NCBI GenBank assembly: GCA_964016885.1
Contig: OZ024743.1
Location: forward strand, 346,704,001-346,768,000
Direction: 5' to 3'
Source of the DNA: Eledone cirrhosa
Taxonomy: Eukaryota
DNA length: 64,000 nt
The notes under the pieces are model-generated. The model searched no databases and was not told where the DNA came from. It saw only the letters and a list, made by a program, of their open reading frames with translations. Both the position numbers and the translations under genes were made by a program. Below are positions 55,405 to 64,000 of the stretch, in pieces; position 1 is the first letter of the stretch; each line of letters begins with the position of its first letter.

Positions 55405-55540
55405 GAATCGACCCCAATACTGGACTGGTACTTTTTATCGACCTTGAAAGGATGAAAGGCAAAGTTGTCCACGGTAGGATTTGAACTCAGAGCGCGCAAT
55501 GAAGTGGGACGAATACCGTAAAACATTCTATCCGTATTCT
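55405..55540 (-). mobile_element. Older tRNA-derived SINE copy
   Basis: Minus CTGAGTTCAAATCC..TTTGCCTTTCATCCTTTCAAGGTCGATAAAAAGTACCAG. Confidence 0.75.
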
Positions 55541-56140
55541 TCAGGGAAATACGACACACATAAAAACAAAACTAATAAGATATATAGACACGCACAACCC
55601 CCTACACACACACACACACACACACATAAATCGCTACACACAGAGACACAACCCGCTACACGCACATAGAAATATAAAATTCAGGATAATAACTAACTAG
55701 TGACAAGTCAGAAAAAGAGAAACGAGAAAAAGAACCCACACCTAGATATAACGCATGTGCAGTTCAAGTTCATAGCTCATAACGACAATATGGTGAGAAA
55801 CAGAACAGAGAACAGAGGCAGAGTAACGATCGTAGTCACTGAATAGTTTACAGAATGTGTGACGAAAGATCTTCGTCAATTAAAAAATAAACAGAAATCC
55901 GGTTATTAACATGGAAAATTATTGCAATAAATTGAAGTGAAAATCAACTGGTGTTTGTGATTTTCTTGGCAGTTTGACCCTCCTAGAAAATAATGTAACA
56001 TTGATCTACGGAGATACACACTCACATATATAACAATTAGTCAACTACCTGTGTTTCATTCTCGAACACAATTCATGGAGCGATCTTAAATGCCGTAAGC
56101 AATCCTGCTAAAACAAAAGAAAACACGCACACGCACAGAC

Positions 56141-56212
<72 letters not shown>

Positions 56213-56273
56213 ATGTGTATTCATTATATACATATACATGTATATATATATACATACATATGTATATATATAC

Positions 56274-56353
<80 letters not shown>

Positions 56354-58659
56354 AGAAGCACACATAGGCAGATTAAAACACACTGGCAGACATATAACTT
56401 CACGTATATCTCCACATACGCATACATATTATCACATTTCCATAATTCTTTTACTCACATACATGTAGCCATGCCCATGCACGCTCAGACAATAACATAT
56501 TCATACATGGCCGTTACTTATTTTGGTCTGGTGCACTAAAGTATTTTCCTTGCTTTAAGGAATCTCCAATCGAAAGTCTCCAAACGCTACACCAACTTTA
56601 CAACAACAAGAACAAAAACAACAACGTCAACGACAAGAATAGCAACAACAAAAAGAAACAGGAGAAAAATGCATAAATATTCCTATGCATGGTTACATGT
56701 CGATTTTGCCGTTGTTCTTTGTTTTGTGTTAATGGTTTTTCTTGGAAACAATTTCGGTAGCTTGTCGAAAAACATCAAATCGTACAGACTGAGCTGCTGC
56801 CTGTATAATAGAAGGCCTGAGTCAAAACGATCATCTATATTCAAAGATCTGTTGATATTTCTATATTTCGATCGTTGGTTCCTGCTCATGCATATCAGCT
56901 GCCTACTTTGGAGAAAGTTTCATTGTAAAAATGTACTTTGGGATAGGAATTTTGTTTTGTTGGCATCACTGGTTGATTGTTCGTTTGCTTGGTTGATTGA
57001 TTCGTTGTTGTTGATGTTGTTATTGTTGTGGTTTAGCCCCAGGTCAACCATAGCCGACATCAGACATATGGTAAAACCCATTCTAGTCGTCACCATCCCG
57101 ATCCCATATTTCTCTCTCTAGGTGCACGTAAACCAGGACCACATTACTTATCCATTTTTCTTTTTTTAAATATTCCCTTTTGTTGTGAGGGATAATTAAA
57201 TGCCATTTTTCGCAGATCGATGAATAAGAATCAATACAGCAAAATTAATGTATATGCTCAATAGAGATCATGACGTTTGTTTGCTCAGTCAATGGGAGAG
57301 AGATGGCGATGCTTCTGTTTTATTCCACCTCCGTATAGATAGTTGGACAAAATTTTATGAATAGAAAAACAGTTATGAAGATTTTAAACCAGTACTAATT
57401 TGTAAATTGTAAAGCTTAAAAATAAGAACTAAAGTAAACTGTGAGTCAATAAGGAAAGTGTACGTTAAGAGGGTGATTAGGAGGGTTCCTGAAACCGGAT
57501 ATCTACTCCGAATACTTACAACACAGTGGTTTCTACTCAAAGCATCAAAGGGTCAAGTGGTGGAGGAAACCAGAAAGGATAAATTGCAAAGTAAACCTCG
57601 GTGGGATTTAAACTGAGGCTGCAGAGAGTTGGAATACGCACGGAAAATGTGAGATATACTCTAGCGACTATGCCACATCAAGTTAGATAATTACAATCGC
57701 AAAAATGCTCAATGTATTGAAATTTAGGTTTTAAATAGAGGAAGAATGTTAAGCCTTTGTTGTTTATGTTAAAGGTTCTTTAGGCGGAAATTTCATCTTT
57801 GATAGCAAGTAATATAATAAATATTTCGGTTTTATTGCATGTGTCAGTGTATGTTTGTAAATGTGTGTATATGTTTGAGGGTGTATGCGCGTGCGTTGGG
57901 GTGTATGTGTGAGAAAGATTAAGAGAGAAAGACAGTGAGTGAATATGTGAGTGAGAAAGCGAAAGATATGTAGAAAGAGAAAATGAAATACAGGTAACTT
58001 TTTGTTTTCCGTGTGTAACTTTGCTATACTCTATATTAATGTTGTAACCCAACGCACTCTTTCTTTGATCGCAACGTTTACTTACCAGCGCAACAATACA
58101 CTCTTATTCTCTCACACTCCATCGTTCTCACTATCTCTCCTCTTTTTTGAGTAATCCCTATGTATTTCTTTTTTTCTTTCATTGCCATATGGACAACTTA
58201 GCTGCAACGTTTTCTGTCCTGTTTTCTGTTGTAAAACCTTTTTTATTTTATTTTGCCGTCCTTGTTTTCCGTTATCTCTTTATTGTTCTGTTGCCTCATA
58301 TACATCTTTCCGATGGATTGCTCAGGCATTTGCGCCGACTGGGATCAATATTATGCAATCCTCAACATTATACCCGCAGTTGCATCGCCCATTGTGTGGT
58401 TGATGAGGAACATGGACGATTTTGTTCGTTTGTCTATGTATATATGTATATATGTATAGATTTATATTTTATATATGTATAACCGACTTTTATTTGATTT
58501 CATCTACACGAATATTTAGTGGTGGCATATATTAATCCATCGCTGTTTGTTGAACCTCTACGTTGCGGCGAATAAAACTATATCAGCTGTTCTTAAGCAG
58601 TGTAAAACTAGACAACAAGATACAGGCACTCACACATCAACGCACACACATAGTCAAAC

Positions 58660-58785
58660 ACTGTTGAAACGGCAAGAGCTCAGCCGTCGGGGTCCCAACT
58701 TATTATAATATGACCATACTCTACTACCCCTAGTATCGAGTACTCTGTTGAGTAATGATCTAACCAGCTTCAAACTGACTCCATC

Positions 58786-58790
<5 letters not shown>
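58660..58790 (+). mobile_element. Family F fragment starting at the hammerhead GAAA
   Basis: GAAA CGGC aagagctca GCCG TC GGGGTC...CTCTACTACCCCTAGTATCGAGTAC; ends at (TA)n. Confidence 0.65.
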
Positions 58791-58834
<44 letters not shown>

Positions 58835-58840
<6 letters not shown>

Positions 58841-59128
58841 ATACTTTGGGAGGGTCATGTTGCCAATAAAAACGCACGTATCCCCTTGTTTTTACGTCAA
58901 TTTCCGGTTGTTTGGTTGGTTTGATCACCGGAAGTTTGTTTATATACTGTCAAAGCTCTTTCGTCACACATTCTGTGAACTCCTGATTGACTAGGTTTTT
59001 TATTTTGAGTGAAAACCAATAGGTGCATGTTTTTGATTGGCAACATGACCCCGCCACCCAAAGTATAACGATGTCTGTTTCAACACACGTTTTCAGATAA
59101 GAAATTCCGCAAAACAAATTCAAAAACA
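58835..59128. mobile_element. Family B mini-element with inversion next to a degenerate hammerhead (58949-58992, minus)
   Basis: Inverted ends TTGTTATACTTTGGGAGGGTCATGTTGCCAAT / ATTGGCAACATGACCC..CAAAGTATAAC; (TA)n flanks. Confidence 0.75.
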
Positions 59129-59309
59129 TATATATATATATAATATATATATATATTGTTATACTTTGGGAGGGTCATGTTGCCAATAAGAAACACACGC
59201 ACCAGTTGCTTTCACTTCAATTTATTATAATAAATTTATAATAAATTTATAAATTTATAAATTTCTGGTTGGTTGGTTGGTTCCACAACCAGATAGTTGT
59301 TTATATATT

Positions 59310-59352
59310 GTCATAGTTCTTTCGTCACACACTATGTGACCTCTTCAGTGAC
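59310..59352 (-). ncRNA. Minimal type I hammerhead ribozyme
   Basis: GTCA CTGAAGA g GTCAC atagtgt GTGAC GAAA GAAC TA^ TGAC. Confidence 0.8.
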
Positions 59353-59491
59353 TGGGGATTCCTTTCTTTGTTTCTGTGCCTCTCCTTTGTTCTGTCCTAC
59401 GCCATTTATGTTTCTGTTAACACACACACAGAAACAAAATGGCGTAGGACAGAACAAAGGGGAGGCACAGAAACAAAAAAAGGAATCCCCA

Positions 59492-59534
59492 GTCACTGAA
59501 GAGGTCACAGAGTGTGTGACGAAAGAACTATGAC
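59492..59534 (+). ncRNA. Minimal type I hammerhead ribozyme
   Basis: GTCA CTGAAGA g GTCAC agagtgt GTGAC GAAA GAAC TA^ TGAC. Confidence 0.8.
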
Positions 59535-59745
59535 AATATATAAACAACTATCTGGTTGTGGAACCAACCAACCAACCAGAAATTTATAAATTTATAAATT
59601 TATTATAAATTTATTATAATAAATTGAAGTGAAAGCTACTGGTGCGTGTGTTTCTTATTGGCAACATGACCCTCCCAAAGTATAACAATATCGGTTTCAA
59701 CACACGATTTCAGATAAAGAATCTTGCTAAACAAATTCAGAAACG

Positions 59746-59803
<58 letters not shown>

Positions 59804-60081
59804 CGGCGATGAATTAGTTTTGCGAGGTTTTTTATATGAAATCGTGTGTCGAAACAGATATTGTTATATTTGGGGAGGGTCATATTTGCGTAATATTGCC
59901 AGAATTAATAACAGAACACACTCACTGTTTGGTTGGTTTTCGCTTCTCGCTGTCTTTTATATATATATATCTGCGATCTAACTTACTCGGTCCTCAATGT
60001 TGCCATTGACTGACCGGCGGTCAAAAATAATACAGATACAATATAGACAAACACATATATATATATAGTTTACATAATTTA

Positions 60082-60119
60082 CATAAATCTTTCGTTGCAC
60101 ATCTGCAACATCGTCAGTG
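60082..60119 (-). ncRNA. Minimal hammerhead ribozyme in the PLE 3' pseudo-LTR (sense to ORF)
   Basis: CA CTGACGA t GTTGCA gatg TGCAAC GAAA GATT TA^ TG; stem I short. Confidence 0.7.
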
Positions 60120-60391
60120 GTGTTATATTCATTGTTCCTCCTGTTGTGTTGTATGTCTACGCCATTTTTTTTGTGTTCAGTCTGTCTATATATTTATTTA
60201 TTTATTTGCTTGTTTGTTTATCTTATTTTATTTTGTCTTCTTTGCGCATGCGTTTGCGTGTGTGTATAGTGTTATGTGTGATGTGTGACTAGTGTGTATA
60301 GTGTTGTGTCTGCTGGGTGACTAGTGTGTGTTTATGTGCTTGTGTATGTATTTATTTATCTTATTTTATTTAATTTAATTTACTTATTTAT

Positions 60392-63250
60392 TTATACTTC
60401 TCTTAGGTCAGTGTTGTTTGTTTGGGTGTTGTTGTTGTTCCACTCATTCTTTCTGTTTAGCTTTGGTCTTCTAATTTCTATTTCACTGGCCTCTCTGATT
60501 TGTCTATCTGCTGGGTCATTCCTATGTTTAGATATTATTCTAATTTCTATGTTGTCTATGTTACCGTCATGTTGTTGTCTAGCATGTTCGTATAGTACTG
60601 ACCCGTTTTTTCGTCCTTTTAGTTCCCCCCAGTGTTGGTCTATCCTTTCACCTATGCTACGAGCTATCTCACCTATGTATGTTGTTGTCGTGTTTCTGAA
60701 AGTACCCTCTGTACATATTATGCTATAGACTACGTTTCTAGTTTTACAGTGTATCCGGGGGTTCACCTTACATATGATACATTTCCTATTGGTACAGTGG
60801 GTTTTCTTAAAAGGGTAGGTTTTGCTGATCAGGGATTTTATGGTGGTTCCTGGCTTTTCTACCACCTTTATTTTTAAGTGGGTCTTTCTCAGGGCCTTTC
60901 TACACTGGTTAGCTAATTTCCCTCCAGGGGTGGCGTCCACAAACATGACACTCTGATATCTCTGGTTGTCGTACAATGATGTGGCCTTCCCTATCTTATG
61001 TCTAGCCCTATCTAAGCTATTCCATGATTTGCTCCTGTATAGTGGGCAAATTCCTTTCATGTCCAGTTCTATGAGGGTCTTATACTTTTCCATGGCTCCT
61101 TCGTATACTCTGACTCTGTCTCTTTGGTTGTAGCCAGAGAACTGCATGCGGTTGATGAAGTGTTGGATGTGTCCTTCCATTTCTGTTGGGTCGCACATGC
61201 TGGACACATTCTTCATCACTCGTACCAAATCTGCGATCAGAATATTAAACTTAGCACTACTGGACATTGCTGAGTTTTTGAGTATCAGGTATTTGGAGGC
61301 CATGGGTTTAGCATAGTGTGAGTGGAGAATTTGGGCTCTCTCGTCTATAGTGTTAATCCAGAGTTCTGTGTCTAATACAGGTAGTCTATTGTTAGGGTGT
61401 TTGGAAGGGAAGTCTATAGTTACAGTTATACTCTGGTGTATGGAATTAGCTATCTGCTGGATGCTTTCCATCGTGCTACGTTCTAAATCAAACTTGTTAG
61501 TGCTCTCTAGTGGGGGTGTTCTTATAACTATATTGATATCGTCTACATAACGAGAGTACATGATGAGGTCTATGGAGCTTTCATTAAGGAGATCTTTAAG
61601 TCTCCTTTCCCACCATACCATGAAAAGGTTGGCAACATCACCAGCTATGCTGACGCCGATGGCTGCTCCCTCATTTTGGGTGTAGATTTTCTCATTGAAC
61701 TTAAATATGTGGCCCTTTAGGGTAGTTTTGATACTAGCCCCTATTGCATGTGCGACCATTTTTCTTACCTGATCAGTGTTTTGGGGGGTCCGTATAGCTT
61801 TGGTCCACCCAATCCACCTTCCTATGGGAGTCTTTTTAGCCATTGAGGTTATGGTGGGGGGTCTACCTCTTATAGGTCTACTAGGGCAGAAACATCTAAG
61901 GTCATGGCTGTCTAGGTAGTCAGTGTCGTAGGTAAGTCTAAGTAGGAGGCCCAGTTCGTCTGTGTCGACGTCGCAGAACTCCACCTCACTCTCAATGATC
62001 ATCTCCACACATCTTTTCACAGCAAAATCAATGTTAATGAATGGGTACAGTGACACCACATCCATGCTGCCTATTATGCAGTTGGATAGGCTCCTGTTTT
62101 TGTTGCACTCACTGATTCCGCTGAGGAGGTCCTCTGTACTTTCACATACATCTGGGGACATCTTGATTATGGGGCGTATAACCATTGAGAGGAAGTAGGA
62201 GATCCTGTAGTTGCTAGCTATATTAGCTCCGCATACGGGTCTTGTTGGTGGTCCTGTTGTCGGGTCGTCGACTGTCTTGTGGTCTTTGCGGAGCCCATAC
62301 AAGGGTGGTATGCCATTGTTAGACGCCTGGAAGTTGTTGGCAGTGCGTCTGCTTGGCTTTAGGATGTCAGTCCACATCATCATGTGAGCGTTGAGGATTT
62401 TTTCTCTCCCATCGTGTGTTAGTTGTGCAACTTCGCTCGTGTTGGTGATGTGGGGTTGCATTGCCTCGATGTAGTTCGGCATGCTATCTATTGACATCCT
62501 ACCAGACTTATCTGTGGGTAGACACACTACCTCACCATCCCCTGTGCGCTGCTTGAGGCTAACCAAGCCTTCTACAGGTTTTATCCCAAGTTGTTGGGCC
62601 TCTGGTCTGCTCTGTCTCATAGTGTACCTGTCTACTACTTGTCTAATCTTATTTCTAGCTATGGTGAACTGTGCCTCCGTCTCGTCATCTATTTGCTGTG
62701 ATATGCAAACTCTTTTATTAAAGGGTAACCTCGTAGGATAGATATTACCCATCTTATATGTTTTGTCAGCTGGGTTGAAAAATAGTTTCTCTAAGGGGTT
62801 GTCGTTATTTCTATCGTCATAGTTGTGTGTGTTGCTATTATTGTTATCATGGTGGTTGTTGTTGTTTCTATCATTAGCATTAATATTATTATTGTTATGA
62901 TTGCTAGATGTATTGTTGTTTACTTCACCGTTATTGTTGTTGTTGTTACTGCTATTTCTACCATTGTGGTTGTTACTATTATTATGTTTCTTGTTTTTGT
63001 TGATGTTGCTACATGTACTATTTCCATTATTACCACTGTGGTTATTGTTGTTGTTGTTGTTCGTATTGTTACCGTTATTACTACTGTGGTCACTGTTGCT
63101 GTGTCTGTGGTTAACGTTTCTATTATTATTATTATTGTGGTTGTTGTTGTTCTGTCTATCGCTAGACCTAAGAGAAGTATAAATAAATAAGTAAATTAAA
63201 TTAAATAAAATAAGATAAATAAATACATACACAAGCACATAAAGACACAC
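60392..63250 (-). CDS. PLE polyprotein: reverse transcriptase + Cys-rich linker + GIY-YIG endonuclease (clade uncertain, Nematis-like); true 5' end lost, first ~29 codons come from the inverted repeat
   Basis: PPLYGLRKDHK, TRPVC, SMDVVSLYP, QNEGAAIG..ANLFM, YSRYVDD, HYAKPM, CTNRKCIIC..C, NVVYSIIC..YIGE..R..ER..QH, H..H, E..EI..RPKLN. Confidence 0.93.
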   Translation of the reverse strand: MCLYVLVYVFIYLILFNLIYLFIYTSLRSSDRQNNNNHNNNNNRNVNHRHSNSDHSSNNGNNTNNNNNNNHSGNNGNSTCSNINKNKKHNNSNNHNGRNSSNNNNNNGEVNNNTSSNHNNNNINANDRNNNNHHDNNNSNTHNYDDRNNDNPLEKLFFNPADKTYKMGNIYPTRLPFNKRVCISQQIDDETEAQFTIARNKIRQVVDRYTMRQSRPEAQQLGIKPVEGLVSLKQRTGDGEVVCLPTDKSGRMSIDSMPNYIEAMQPHITNTSEVAQLTHDGREKILNAHMMMWTDILKPSRRTANNFQASNNGIPPLYGLRKDHKTVDDPTTGPPTRPVCGANIASNYRISYFLSMVIRPIIKMSPDVCESTEDLLSGISECNKNRSLSNCIIGSMDVVSLYPFINIDFAVKRCVEMIIESEVEFCDVDTDELGLLLRLTYDTDYLDSHDLRCFCPSRPIRGRPPTITSMAKKTPIGRWIGWTKAIRTPQNTDQVRKMVAHAIGASIKTTLKGHIFKFNEKIYTQNEGAAIGVSIAGDVANLFMVWWERRLKDLLNESSIDLIMYSRYVDDINIVIRTPPLESTNKFDLERSTMESIQQIANSIHQSITVTIDFPSKHPNNRLPVLDTELWINTIDERAQILHSHYAKPMASKYLILKNSAMSSSAKFNILIADLVRVMKNVSSMCDPTEMEGHIQHFINRMQFSGYNQRDRVRVYEGAMEKYKTLIELDMKGICPLYRSKSWNSLDRARHKIGKATSLYDNQRYQSVMFVDATPGGKLANQCRKALRKTHLKIKVVEKPGTTIKSLISKTYPFKKTHCTNRKCIICKVNPRIHCKTRNVVYSIICTEGTFRNTTTTYIGEIARSIGERIDQHWGELKGRKNGSVLYEHARQQHDGNIDNIEIRIISKHRNDPADRQIREASEIEIRRPKLNRKNEWNNNNTQTNNTDLREV

Positions 63251-63455
63251 TAGTCACCCAGCAGACACAACACTATACACACTAGTCACACATCACACAT
63301 AACACTATACACACGCGCAAACGCATGCGCAAAGAAGACAAAATAAAATAAGATAAACAAACAAGCAAATAAATAAATAAATATATAGACAGACTGAACA
63401 CAAAAAAAATGGCGTTAGACATACAACACAACAGGAGGAACAATAAATATAACAC

Positions 63456-63493
63456 CACTGACGATGTTGCAGATGTGCAACGAAAGATTTATG
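63456..63493 (+). ncRNA. Minimal hammerhead ribozyme in the inverted pseudo-LTR
   Basis: Mirror of 60082-60119. Confidence 0.7.
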
Positions 63494-63701
63494 TAAATTA
63501 TGTAAACTATATATATATGTGCTTGTCTATATTGTATCTGTATTATTTTTGACCGCCGGTCAGTCAATGGCAACATTGAGGACCGAGTAAGTTAGATCGC
63601 AGATATATATATATAAGACAGCGAGAAGCGAAAACCAACCAAACAGTGAGTGTGTTCTGTTATTAATTCTGGCAATATTACGCAAATATGACCCTCCCCA
63701 A

Positions 63702-63788
<87 letters not shown>

Positions 63789-64000
63789 TTATATTCATAT
63801 GTATATCTAAGAAGGTCAATTGCTTTAACGTGAAGGTGGATACATCTAGAACAAACCGAATCTATCCACGTAATACATAAATCTACACTCGATCCTAATC
63901 ACCAGACCCCTACAACAGAAGGAAAAGTAAAATTCACACACGTCCTCCAATGTTTTCCAGAGACACAATCAAACTCAATCCCAGCGGTTCCCATAAAGAG

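Larger units (their letters stand above)
59153..59748. mobile_element. Large palindromic double-hammerhead mini-element, family B
   Basis: ~265-bp arms 59153-59417/59428-59691, tail 59692-59748, (TA)n flanks. Confidence 0.9.
59803..63707 (-). mobile_element. Penelope-like retroelement with inverted pseudo-LTRs, inserted in (TA)n
   Basis: Near-identical inverted repeats 59864-60409/63165-63707, 3' tail 59803-59863, RT+EN ORF, (TA)n on both sides. Confidence 0.95.

Noticed and set aside
60324-63190. Plus-strand ORFs overlapping the PLE ORF
   Set aside because: Antisense shadows of the RT/EN frame and the Asn repeat

Overview
AT-rich eukaryotic (animal) non-coding DNA saturated with (TA)n, (CA)n, (GA)n, (TATG)n and (TATC)n microsatellites and transposon relics. 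The SINE and microsatellite signature suggests a mollusc, probably Octopus (inference). No host exon is recognisable, and almost all listed ORFs are microsatellite artefacts. Real coding content is retroelement-derived: (i) an uninterrupted 952-codon Penelope-like element (PLE) ORF (RT plus C-terminal GIY-YIG endonuclease, 60392-63250, minus) flanked by ~545-bp inverted pseudo-LTRs; (ii) a decayed Neptune-type PLE (13656-16525); (iii) a decayed copy of the first PLE (54105-55235); and (iv) several RTE-like and other LINE fragments. Many tRNA-derived SINEs are also present. The most striking hidden structure is a population of short non-coding elements from about eight or more sequence families, nearly all inserted in (TA)n tracts. 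Many are fold-back palindromes with a unique 3' tail and carry type I hammerhead ribozymes, about 20 intact or degenerate motifs in 64 kb. These include U3-A8 core variants, a GCAA (A13C) variant and one with a ~116-nt stem II. The palindrome or inversion axes repeatedly fall inside or next to the ribozyme. One mini-element family shares its hammerhead layout and 3' tail with the adjacent autonomous PLE. All ribozyme calls are by-eye motif and pairing matches, not tested or computed, and element boundaries are approximate.
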